A program made the translations under genes and the position numbers. This document shows positions 22,950 through 34,973 of a stretch of DNA of 64,000 bases, one piece after another. The stretch covers positions 179,982 through 243,981 of the forward strand of contig NW_003314335.1 in the NCBI RefSeq assembly GCF_000143415.4. The letters run 5' to 3'. Source of the stretch: Selaginella moellendorffii (taxonomy: Eukaryota > Plantae > Lycopodiophyta). Every line of letters starts with the position of its first letter. Positions within the stretch are counted from its first letter, which is position 1. The notes beneath the pieces were generated by a model. The model saw only the letters and a program-made list of their open reading frames with translations, ran no database searches and was not told the DNA's origin.

Positions 22950-25900
22950 TAGATCAAGCTTTCCCAGACCATTCAAATTAAATTATGCTTTCTACTTTAC
23001 TTTCATAGGTTCCTTAAGAATAGAATGTTTTTTTTATGTAAAGTGATATTTATATTATAATTTTACCTATTCATTTAACTTATATTCTTTTCAAACAGAA
23101 AACCCAAACATTTGAAATAGATGATTGAATCATATATTTTTAACACTTCTAAAAAGAATTATATTTTCTTCTTAGATAGAGATTATAATTTTTTAATAAG
23201 TTAAATGAATTATAATAATAAAGAAAAAGCTATTATATGTTTAAGAGCTTATAATAGATGGAAAACACTAAAATTACAAAAAAATGCATACAGTTATTTA
23301 AAGATTTAGTATTATAAAACTTATTTATAAAATAGAATAATAAGAAGGTTAATTATTTAAAACTTTCATTTATAGGTTATAAATTTTATTAGAAAGAATA
23401 ATTTATAATTATTCTAACATTACAAAATAATATTGTTGAATTATTATAAATAAAATATATTATAAATTAGCACTATATTCTTTAAAAAAGTAAGTTATAG
23501 ATTTATGAAAATAGTTTTAAATATTTTTTCTTATATTGTGTAAGGAAAAATATTTATCATGCTTTATTATAATGTTTGCTTAGTAGTCCATTGTAAAAAT
23601 AAAAATGATGATTGTAAAGATATAAATGATAATTATAAGTGTTATAATTGAGACACAACTCTAAATAAATAAGTTTAAGTTATAGCAAACATTTATATTC
23701 TATACTACTTTAAATAATTTATAAGGTTTATTTAAAAGATTTATCTCAACCAACTTGAATGTTTATTATTTTTATATAAATTAATTTAACTTTTAAAAAA
23801 CTATTATGGCGTTTTACTTAGATAATTAAATAATATTTGATAGAAAATAAATACTTTAAACAAATAATGCTAAAGAAAATATTTAATTTTTATTTCCTTT
23901 GGATATTAACTTATATGAGTGCATGGAATACAAAAATATGCATATCAATTAGCCTAGAAACCTTAGTTTATATACAAAAGGTCTAAATTGAAACCAATCC
24001 AACAATTTATATCCCACTGTGCTAATATTAATATATAGCATTGTATCTATACACTTGGACCTTATATCATTCCTTCCTCTCAAAACAATATAAGATAGTT
24101 AGAGTTCTATTGTGGATGGGCCAGGAACATTATGAGGAAGCATTAATGGATTTATAATTGGTGTTAGTTGTTCTTGATCCCTTTGTACAAAGCATTTCAA
24201 TTAATATATTGTAAACGACTAAATTTTCCATTTTACTTTAATCATTTAACCACATTTTTGACCATTTAGAATTTCTCTCACAACCTTTATAACTCATATT
24301 CCCAACTTATAGACATATTAACCTTATGGCCATGTTTATTTACCTTTATCTCATTGGTAATCCAAAACCACTCATACCATAGTCTTATCTCCCAAAGATT
24401 AAACCCTTCATCAATGAGTAGTTATCTCAAGACCACACTTTAACATCCTTAGGATGCACAAAGAAATGGGAAACACCCTTCATCAATATCCCTTCTTTAG
24501 TCTTTAATAAATCCCTTTCTATCCACAGCTGTACTCACTAACATTGCCACTAGTTTAAGGTTTAAAGGTTTAACCATTAAATCTCATTAACATTTAGGAC
24601 TTCCTTGCCGTGTAAGTGTATCTTTAGTCACTACACAAGAGGATTGTTCTTCTTCTTTTCCACAGTTTAAGATTTGGGGATAATATTTCAAAACATCGTA
24701 ACCCAATGTGAGTCTTATGGGTACTTTTTTTACCTTCTGCCTTTGGGTGCCCTAACTATGTGGCTAGAGCGAGGTTTTAATGAGCTATGCCAAGTATCCA
24801 AGTATGTGGTGCCACTTATATTTAAATTAGGAGCATTGACCATTTGATTTCCTAGAGGAGCTAAAGTTGGTTCTTGAACACTTTAGTAAGTTACCTCACT
24901 TGTCCATCTATATTCATTTAACCTTAGACTCTTTAATGGTTATATCATCACCTACTACATAGATATACCTTTGTTTAATTATATTAACTTTTGCTACCAA
25001 ATTAGTTTTATTGGAATCTTTCCCTTACTATCCTTTTGGAGTTCACCAAACCCCCCAGGGTTTGGGAGATGATTGCTTTGGACTTTCACCTTTGGACTTA
25101 GACTCAAACTTAAACTTAGTTCTGATTTTGGTCTTGGTTTTAGTCTTGGTCTTAGTCCCTATTTCGAACTCCATCTCAGACTCTTTATTAGACTCTATTT
25201 TGAATTCTTTCTCAAATTCCATTTTAGACTCCTTCTCAAACTCCTTGAATTCCTTATCGGAATCGACACTTTTATGTATCATAATATTTGCCATATGACA
25301 GTCCTTCTTGTGCCCTTTTTAGAGACTTATTCATTAATTGCTTCATGCTCATTTGTTAAACACTTTGTTCGGAGTTTCACTTTTGTTCTCAACTTTCCAT
25401 GTCAAAGCTTTTAATCTAAACGTGTTACATTTGTTAAACTTTCATTTTAACCACTATTATGTGCAACACTTTCAACTCCACTTTAGGGCTTAGGGATTTA
25501 TGTTTACCATCTTGGAGTTTAGATCTAAATTCATGTGTATTACAACAAACAAACTTAAGAGATAACTTATATAAGGAATATAAAATGTAAAATATTTTAT
25601 ATAAAAGGAATATAAATTTAAATATAAAAGGAAAAGGCCCATGGATAAGAATACCCCCTTTTAAAGTCTTGGGATACTTAGGGTTAACTATCTTTAAATT
25701 TAACTAGTATGCATTAGCTTAATTTAGATTTCTTGGGAGATACATGTTTTTTCACACATTTTTTCATGTTTTTTTTCACTCTCACATTCCCAAAGTATAT
25801 ACCTTTTTATCTCTCTTATGCCACATTTGACACTTGTCTTTGGGAAAATTGATACATTAACTAATACATGCTTTTTATAGATTTTGTGCACTCTTACATT

Positions 25901-26050
25901 TCTAAGGTATATGCCTTTGTGTCTCCTTTGCTCACATGATTGGCTTGAGAAATGAATTTTGCATTTAAACAGTAGGTACTATTGCATTGCTAACAACATA
26001 AAATATTGTGTTTTAGTTACCTATTGTCCTTTCCACAATATCCTCAATGT
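22950..26050. mobile_element. AT-rich decayed repeat/transposon island
   Basis: Very AT-rich and CG-depleted. First ~950 bp is duplicated at 27740-28710. Low-complexity E/K/S/T-coding relic at 25043-25294 (-). Confidence 0.55.
23915..24065. repeat. Dispersed repeat, second copy at ~53164-53320
   Basis: TGAGTGCAT..TGGAATACAAAAAT.TG.ATATCAATTAGCC.A.AAACCT.AG.TTATATACAA is shared by both sites. Confidence 0.75.
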
Positions 26051-26314
26051 GGCTGTTTGAATAATTTCTTGAATATTCAAGCACTTCATCCTCACTACAA
26101 GTAACAATCACTTTCCAGCCTTAGCAATTGTCTTCTTAGCTTTGTCATATATAAAAAAACTCTTCCTGCTACGCTCCTTGCCAGGTCCATTCCACTAGAT
26201 CCCATGCTAACTCATGAATCATTTGCTATCTAACCACAAAAGCTTTAACCTTTTATGACTAGCAAGTCCATCCTGGCCATTTTCTTTTCCGCCATTGTTC
26301 TCATAGTGTTTCAC

Positions 26315-26570
26315 GGCATCAGCCATTCTTTTTAAGAAAGCACAAGAAGGAAACAATTAAGTAAACCAACTGTTCAAGAAGTTTATGCATTGAATGAAAT
26401 TTAAGACGACCCTTTCTTACTCCTCACATATCTGAAGGAAACGTAGAGGATTGCAAACAAGGCTGGATGGACAGTTACATTGTACATACTGCCAATGTTT
26501 AAAATTGATCTGCATACTTCTTGAATGAATCTTCCCGGTCGGATGGCGTAGGTTTTCAGCAACACCCTAC
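26315..26570 (-). pseudogene. Heavily deleted relic of the QPT gene
   Basis: Collinear blocks match ~31635-32240 (GCATCAGCCATT..TAAGAAAGCACAAGA.GGAAACAATTA, ATGAAATTTAA.ACGACCCTTTC, CAAACAAGGCTGG, TTGATCTGCATACTT, GGTCGGATG), including intron sequence. Confidence 0.85.
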
Positions 26571-26627
26571 AGCCGATCTGAACCGTCGGATTGAAAAGAG
26601 TATCGTACGGCTAGAAACTGTTTAAAT

Positions 26628-26936
26628 TCATATGAGAAGAACACCTGCTAGAACGGTAGCTACTGCCCCAAAAATGGGCACTTGCAATCTAATAGCAGCG
26701 CCCTCTTGCAAGAAATCTGGTCTTGGAAATGGGCTGGGATCAAAATCCCTCCTCGCTCTTCTTCCTGGAACTACGGCTTGATCATCCTCGTCTTGATTTC
26801 CACGCCCGTGAACTCTGCCTCTTAACGAGCTCTCCAGCACCAATGCCGGATCGAATCTATCCTCTCCTTGGATTGTGACCGCCAGTAGCAAAACTAGGAG
26901 GAAGATCGACGCCACCAAATTCGCACGAATCGCCAT
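26628..26936 (-). CDS. Peptide A2: intact duplicate of peptide A1, 102 aa
   Basis: About 90% aa identity to A1, ORF uninterrupted, TATA box retained. Confidence 0.78.
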   Translation of the reverse strand: MAIRANLVASIFLLVLLLAVTIQGEDRFDPALVLESSLRGRVHGRGNQDEDDQAVVPGRRARRDFDPSPFPRPDFLQEGAAIRLQVPIFGAVATVLAGVLLI

Positions 26937-27115
26937 TCCTTCCCTTCTTTTTGCGATCGAAGCAATGCTATCAAATTGATCCAAGTTACAACCCTTTTTA
27001 TATATCGCGAGGGGAGATCTAGACCCTGTCAAGAAGGAAAGGTCCTTGGGAGCGCATTTGACCGTGTGTACGCGAAATCTAATTTCACACACCACTGCAC
27101 TTTCTTGACTAGATC

Positions 27116-27640
27116 CAGGTTTTGATGTTGGTAGCTCTCGAGGCATGGACAATTCGAGCGGAGCAACAAGCCCACGCTCCAGAATCCAATCCAGTCCAAT
27201 TGCAGCGCGCTCGATCTAAACCACGAGCTAGAGGCGCGGGCACTAGCGGCAGCGATGCACAGGTAGAAGATTTCTCGCTTTGATTTTTTCTCGCCTGTGA
27301 TCTTACTACTCTAAAGCATTGCATATGGCTTCTGCCAATGGTCACTTGAGCATTGTCAAGTATCTCATCGAACGAGGAGAAGTAAGTCGCGTAGCGAAGG
27401 AGATCTTAGAAAATGTTTTTGATCGCTCGTGTTCACAGAATGTTAATGCTTGCAATGCCGAGAACAATACCCCTCTTCATTGGGCTCCTCTAAATGGCCA
27501 GTTCAGGCATGTTTTTCTTCTTGCTACAAAGTGTTCTTCATTTCAATTTCTTTTCTTTTTCCCAGGTTGTGGAGGAGTTTATTGCTTTAGGAACTAGTGC
27601 CTCAGCTTTGAACTGGTCTGATCATGAACTTGAAGTTGAA
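27116..27640 (+). pseudogene. Fused pseudogene of peptide B and the YAR1-like ankyrin gene
   Basis: Peptide B TATA and start are deleted. A second deletion joins the equivalents of ~21933 and ~22271. Frameshift near GGCCAGTTCAG; last exon lost. Confidence 0.85.
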
Positions 27641-28710
27641 GAAGCTGGTTAGCGTAGTGCTTGAGGCCATGGTGGATATTAGATAAGCTCGTGTCTATTT
27701 CCTAGCAATCAATCGCTCCATAGTAAATCAAGCTTTCCCAGATGTTATACTTTCATAGTTTCCTTAAGAATAGAATTTTTTTATAATGTATATTCAAATT
27801 ATAATTTTACATATTATATTCTCTTCAAACAGAAAACCTAAACATTTGAAATAGATGATTGAATCATGTATTTTTAACATTTTTAAAAAGAATTATATTT
27901 TCTTCTTAGTAGAAATTATAAAATTTTGTTTTTTTAATAAGTTAATTGAATTATAATAATAGGGATAATACTACTATATGTTTAAGAACTTATAATAGAT
28001 GAAAAATACTAGTAAAATTCTAAAAGATGTATATGGCTATTTAAGGATTTAGCATTATAAACATTGTTTATAAAATAGAATAATTAGAAGTATAATTATT
28101 CAAAAAATTTAATGTATAGGTTTTAAATATTAATAAAAAATATGATTTAAAATTATTCTAATTTTACAAAAATAATATTGGTGCTAATTTATAATATATT
28201 TTTATTTATAATAAATGTTTTCTATTTAATTATTTATAAAATTTATCTCAACAATATTATAAAAAAATGTAAATTATATATTTATAAAAATAGTTTCAAA
28301 TATTGTTATTTATATTGTGTTGGGCAAAATATTTAGCATGTTTTGTTATGATGTTTGCTTAGCAATCTGTTATAATAATAAAATGATGATTGTAATGATA
28401 AAAACAATAATTATGTCAAAGTATTTTGGGCAATAATGTTATAATTGAGACACAACCCTAAATAAATAAATTGAAGTTATGGCACACATTTATATTCTAT
28501 ACTACTTTTAATAATTTATAAGGTTTATTTAAAACATTTATCTCAACCAACTTGAATATTTATTTTATATATATAAATTACTATATAAAATAAGTAAAAT
28601 CTGATAGCTTATCTAGTTAAGTAATTAAATAATATTTGATATAAAGCAAATAATTTTAACAAATAATGCTAAATTAAATATTTTATAAAACATAATATTT
28701 TATTTCCCGT
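27640..28710. repeat. Duplicate of the AT-rich tail 22850-23900
   Basis: Long collinear matches, e.g. AAACATTTGAAATAGATGATTGAATCAT and TGTTATAATTGAGACACAAC. Confidence 0.85.
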
Positions 28711-29000
28711 ATATAATTCCTATAAAATATTATCAGAAAATATTTTACTGAATTACAATCATTTTGAATTGTAAAGATGGTTGACATACTATAAAAATGT
28801 TTATTAATACAATAGTTTTTAAATTATAATTCTATTATCATGATATAAAGTTATATTAATATTATTTATTTTTAATAATAAATATATATGTAGTAATATA
28901 CCTAAGCACATTTAGCTATATAAAAAAATGGATACAGTCTCAGTCATTTTATCTATATGTTATACTGCTATAATCACATATTTACCTTATAGTAATATTC

Positions 29001-29004
<4 letters not shown>

Positions 29005-29058
<54 letters not shown>
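29005..29058. repeat. (AG)27 microsatellite
   Basis: Direct reading of the sequence. Confidence 0.97.
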
Positions 29059-29062
<4 letters not shown>

Positions 29063-29849
29063 GTATTATGATGCAAGTTATAATGCCATTGTTATCCCAT
29101 TTTGTACATGTCTCATGTGTTCAACAAACTCCAACTCTAATTAATGTTAGAATACTCATTAAATATTGATTTGAAAACTTTGCATTTGGCAATCTCAAAG
29201 GTAAACTTAACTTCTGTTAAGAATATTAAATCATGACCCTAAAAGAATTTATGAGGTGAAACACCAATAAAACTTTTAACATTTTAACATTTTCTATGCT
29301 TCTAGTTGGGCACCAAAGGATTTAAATCATGTAATGATAGTATGAGAGGGAAAAATAAAAAACAAAATCACTTTAATTTAGTACCCCTAAGGCTGTGAAT
29401 TGAAAACATGCAAAATACAAAGTTGACTAAAAGCATTATTAAAAAAACCTTAAATTTAAATGTAAGTAATATATAAATTCTCATGAGATCGCTCTATAAT
29501 GGATAGCATTAGCAATAACCTTCAGTGCATGGTCATAACCTTCTCCAATCAAGAGCTTGAGCAGTTGGTTCTTAAGATGGAGATTGAGCTCTTATTTTCT
29601 TGGACTTCCTGACAATACAAGCTACAACCTGTTAGATAGTGAAGTTGTAATTTTGAGAGTTCTGGGTTCCTCTTTTTTGAAAATGGGCAGAAACGCATTG
29701 AGTTGTCAATATAAAATGACATATTGCGGCAAGACTTCCAATGCTGTTCGTAGTATGGTCTCTAGAGGCGGGCAGGACCTGTTCTTTATGCTCCTACGGT
29801 ATAAATTCTCAAGATTGTCTCTCACCAAGCACCTTGGCGGTGACACCTA

Positions 29850-30664
29850 GCTGGGGTGGGAGCTGAGAGCTACTGCAAGAATTCAGCTATGCAAGCTCAA
29901 TGTTTTGTGCATGGCCACTCATCAAAGCCATGATGTGTTTGCTAATGCAAAACACATTAGTATTGCAGATCTGGGCTGTTCTTCGGGGCCGAACACAATT
30001 CACGCTGTTGACCTTGTGCAATCGCCAAATGTTGAGATCCATGCATCTAGTCACTAATGACTACAACACCTTGTTCAAGCCCCTGGCAGAGCATAGATGC
30101 CAAGGGAAGCCTTATTTCTACGCTTCAGTCCCAGGTTCGTTTTATGGAAGGTTGCTCCCAAATACTACTCTTTTAACATCTCACTACATTGTACATGCTG
30201 CCTTTTTTCACTCTGAAGTTAAAATACAAAAAACGTTATGTTTCAGTTACCACAAGATATCACCGGGAAGGACTGTCATGGATAAGCATTCAAGCAAGAA
30301 ATGTAAACAAGGGGTCTTATCCTTGCTCTTGGCAGGAAGATCTTCTGAGGACCCCATTTTATGGAAGCTTCACTTCCAAGCTGCATGGGAGCGTTTTAAA
30401 GAGGTGAGGACTATGATTAACATCAACCTTCCACTGTACTTTCGAAATGTTTCAAAGGCTGTGGAAACCACTCAGTGTTTCAAGGTGCTGCATAAGTTGT
30501 GCAAGAAGGACCCGCGGTACCATGAAACATTCGATTTTGGAGCAAGTGACTATGCCAAGAAAATAGTGAGCTACACAAAAGCCATAAGCCAAGCAAACGT
30601 GGAGCTACTATGTAAGAAAATGGAGTTCACAACCTCCTTTATTATACTGACCAGGCATGTGTGA
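29850..30664 (+). pseudogene. SABATH SAM-dependent carboxyl methyltransferase pseudogene
   Basis: GVGAESYCKNSAMQ, IADLGCSSGPNT and NDYNTLF..VPGSFYGRLLP are not in one continuous frame. Frameshifts and internal deletions. Confidence 0.85.
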
Positions 30665-30855
30665 CTGTTATCCTCAAGCGCTTATGAAATTGTTTCTGTG
30701 TGACACTTCAATATACATGGATCTATAAACTTGCTGCATAGTTTAGCAACAGATCTATAAGTACCAGCTGGGAGACTGAAGTTCCTGAATCCGGAACTTT
30801 GCTCAGGTTTGCCATAAGTTGAAGCTCGAAACTTAAGTCCCACTTCCATTGTTTA

Positions 30856-32448
30856 TCAGGCACGGTTTGTTCGTTTGCCGACTGCAAGGGCCAGATCAAT
30901 GTCAACTTTGCAAGAGATGTCCAATGCTGAGACCGAGTGTGTCAAAGCGCCACTATTTTGTTTCACATCAATCAGAAAAGAAGAAGAAGAAAACTTGATG
31001 ATACCTCGAAATGTAAGTCACACCAGTGCTCCCAATCTTTCCGACTGTGCTTAAAGTAACGTTTCCAGAAGCCTGTTTGATCTTGCAGTAAGATAAGAGT
31101 CAAGAAAATCTTGCGAGGCATAATACATACCTCCGTTTGTACTCGGCCGCCCACGATTTCAACAGCTTCTCGTAGTAAACCCACATCAATATCTCCATTT
31201 GCTTGTGTACTCACCATATTGTCCAACATTATCCGTGTGACTTTGCCTTTGTCTAAAATGGCAAGAACGCGCCTCACTTCATCTAGCGTTCTCGTCTCCA
31301 CCTGTTAGATTTTCAAATGAATCAGAGACCAGGCAAACAACTCAAGGACTTGCGAGTCACCTCGACGCCAATATCAAGTCCTTTCTCTTCCAAATACTTC
31401 GTCACTGCAAAGATGGCATTCTCTATACCGCCAGCGACTGCTATGTGATTGTCCTTCACCATAACCATATCGTAAAGTCCCATTCGATGGTTCTCTCCTC
31501 CTCCAATCAAAACCTGAATTGAACACCCCATTACCGTGGAAAAAATCCATTTTGAATCACTTACGGCCCACTTATCAATCAGACGAAGGCCAGGTGCAGT
31601 CTTTCTCGTCTCCAGTATTCTCGCTGGTTTCGCAGCATCAGCCATTTTCTAAGAAAGCACAAGATGGAAACAATTAGGAAAAGCGACTGTTCAAGAAGCT
31701 TATTCTTGCCTTTGTTGCAGTGGCGATGCCACTCATGCGTTGCATGAAATTTAAAACGACCCTTTCAGCTGTCAAGATACTCCTCGCATTGCCTGAAGGA
31801 CCAAAAAGAAAAACGTAAAGGATTACAAACAAGGCTGGCTGGATCAACAGTTTGGACTTACATTGTGATACATACCACATACTTTCCCAAAAACTTGGCC
31901 TTTCTCCACGGTGCTCCCATCCTCCACTGCCCAATCAGTCTAGAAAAAAATACTTAAAATAAAAGAGCTTTGATCTGCATACTTTCAGCGAAGGATCGAG
32001 TTCTTGAAAAACCATATCCGCCAGAGCAATGCCAGCGATCACACCATTTTCTTTGGCAAGAAATCTAGCCTCCGCTGTCATCTCCGCTGGAATAGTCGCC
32101 AAACAGGAGACATCCCCTGACAAAAGAAGCAAAATTTGTGACAAACGCCTTTCCCAGCAATCGTAATTCCACTGACCTCGATCTCCTGCGTCTTCTGAGA
32201 GCGCGAGCTGAATCACTTCCCTCAAATTGTAGGTCGGATGCACCGGCGGCGGCACTGCTCCAGCTCCATTGACACTCTTGCTCACTCCCGCCATCGCCTG
32301 GCGCCTAAAGAGAGATTTTCAGATGCGCGCCACGGCAGTGATCTCACCTCCACCCGACGCTAGAGCTCACACCGCTGGAATTCGACCTCCCGGGAGAGAA
32401 ACCCTTCGCAATACGGGGCAAGGCGGGGACTCCATAGCCGCGCAACAT
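30856..32448 (-). CDS. QPT: Quinolinate phosphoribosyltransferase (nicotinate-nucleotide pyrophosphorylase)
   Basis: [78 protein letters not shown]. Start is 32448 or 32435. One GC donor near 31710. Confidence 0.96.
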
Positions 32449-33367
32449 AGCAATTATTTAGGGCTAGGGCTTGGGCTAGGGCTTATTGAAGATATCCCAC
32501 ATGCCCTAGCGTGGATTCGCGCCATGGTCATGGTATAAAGCAAATGTATCGTAGATGATCTAATTTAAAAAGGGTCGGTTGGCTAAATATGCCACATGCG
32601 CCATTTTGCGTGCGTGCCGTATGGATATCAAGACATATGGCCGACATAATTTTTGGACCACCGTAGAGGGTTTGGCAGCGCTTTGCCAGACCCTACAAAT
32701 TTAAACCCCAACAAGGCATAAATTTTCAAACTAAGCAAAACCGTTAGTGGGTATATGCCCCGAATCTTGTCAGAATTGCCGCCAAAATATAGGCTTTTAA
32801 AAACTCACGGTGGAAAGAGATAGAGGCATTTGATGCTGGGGGGCGTGGGATTCGTAAGCTAGGGCTTTGTGGGGGGAGGTGGAAGAGCCCTACACTGGCG
32901 CTGCGAGCTCGGCTATGGCGCCCGATCGATGGAGCGGCCAGTCGCGGTCATTTCAGGTAGTGGCTGCCATGACGACGACTGGAGCGCGCCAGTGCGCAAA
33001 GCTGCTCCATCGGTAGTGCTCCTCGCTTTTTTCCCCGCTTTCCTCTCTCGCCACTGTTCTTGGGGAGACCGGCCGATCTGTCGCACACTGTGGCATCATA
33101 TCTGCGCTGGCGGGCCGACCACTGGATCCAATCGAGGTACTTCGCTTTGGATCTAAGAAATTTCCGCCATGGATTAGGGTTTCTGTGTAGTCGCAGGTTC
33201 CCTGTTCGTCGTGAAAGCTCCGTGTTTTTGACCCAGCTCTCCTCTCGCGACTGCAAACCCTAGGCTGGGCCGGGCTGGGCTAGGCTGGAAAAGCGCGTCT
33301 GGGCAGTTTTTGGATGAGATTTTTGGGGGGTTTCTGGGCAGATCCGATTGTTTAGGGAGGCAGGAGG

Positions 33368-34973
33368 ATGTCGCAGCTTTCGGCAGAGGAGGCTCATGTC
33401 TACTCGCAGAGCCCAGCGCATTACGCAGTCGCCAGATGCGACTATGGCCTCCTCCGATCGGTGCTCTCCCGGCTGCCGCGATTGCCAACCGCGGGAGAGG
33501 TTAGCTCCGAGGTGGACTCGCTTCTAGCGGAGCAAAAGGCCGATATAGTTTCGTCGGTGATCGACAACAGGGAAGTTCCTGGGAGGGAGACTCCATTGCA
33601 TTTGGCGGTGAGGCTCGGGAATGCGAGGGCGGTGGAGATGCTAGCGGCAGCAGGGGCGGACTGTAGTTTGCAGAATGGTCGGGGATGGAGTGCGCTCCAG
33701 GAGGCCGTGTGTGCTCGCAAGGAAGCTATTGCGATGGTCATCACCAAGTACTATCAGCCCATGGCGTGGTCGAAGTGGTGTCGGCGGCTGCCACGGATTG
33801 TAGCGGAGCTCAACAGGATGAAGGATTTCTACATGGAGCTCACGTTTCATTTCGAGAGCTCGGTCATCCCGTTTATCGGGAGGATTGCTCCGTCGGACAC
33901 TTACAAGATATGGAAGCGTGGTTCCAACCTGAGAGCGGACATGACACTGGCTGGCTTCGACTCGTTCAAGATCCAGAGGTCGGATCGGAGCTACTTGTTC
34001 TTGGGAAAAGAGAATATGGGATCTGGAGAGCTCTTGGTGCTGATGCACAAGAAGAAGGAGGTTGTGAATGCGTTTGAAGATGCCGCGGTACAGCCATCGG
34101 ACGCTGAGGTGGCTCACGAGGTGGCTGTGATGTCTCGGGCGAATGTCTATCGGCCAGGTTTGGATGTAACTCAAGCGCAGCTGGTTCCGCAGTTGACGTG
34201 GAGGAAACACGAGAAGGCCGAGACAGTGGGGAACTGGAAGTGCAAGGTGTATGACATGCAAAACGTGTCCGTTAGTATCAGATCTAGAAAGGTGCTGGGG
34301 GCAGTGGAGGAAGACGAAGAAGAGGAAACTTTAGATTATGCCAACTTGCTAACGGAGGAGGAGAAACATCAGCTGGAGATGGTTTTGAGTGGCGATTGCG
34401 AGAACTTAGAAGAACAGAAAGAGAACTCGGCTTGTGTCAATGGTCGAGGTGGGAGGCCGAAAGCCGAAAAGTCCAGGCCTATAAGCGGTAAGGAAGAGGA
34501 CGATTCCAAAAAGTCTAGCGCAAAGGAAGAGGAGAGCGAGTTCAAGAAGGGACTTAGACCCACCCTTTGGGTGACAGATAATTTTCCTCTCAAGATCGAG
34601 GAGCTTCTTCCACTGCTTGACATTTTGTCCAGCAAAGTCAAGGCCGTCCGGAGGCTTAGAGAGTTGCTGACTACGAAACTGCCAGCGGGAACTTTTCCTG
34701 TCAAGGTTCGATTCTTTTTCTTTTTCTTTTTCCAGTGTAAGCCTCATTGCGTGTCAACAGATGTCCATTCCGGTGGTGCCGACGATTAGAGTCATCGTCA
34801 CGTTTTCCAAGTTCCAAGAGCGGCACGCGATGCAGAACAACCTGAAACCCGAGCATACTGGATCCTGGTTTTCTTGGATGAAAAGTTCGAATCCTAGTTC
34901 CGAGCACGCGGACCCGTTCCTGGTTCCAGGCGATTATACGTGGAAGAAAGGGAAGCAAGTGATCGTCCCATAG
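33368..34973 (+). CDS. ANKRD13-like protein (ankyrin + GPCR-chaperone-1 domain)
   Basis: ETPLHLAVRLG, GWSALQEAVC, DFYMELTFHFESSVIPFIGRIAPSDTYKIWKRG, LPAGTFPVK|MSIPVVPTIRV. Confidence 0.93.

Noticed and set aside
25011-25414. Plus-strand hydrophobic ORFs resembling membrane proteins
   Set aside because: Antisense shadow of a low-complexity repeat in TE-derived DNA.
29900-30664. 254 aa ORF as an intact gene
   Set aside because: The SAM-binding IADLGCSSG motif is in another frame, so this is a pseudogene.
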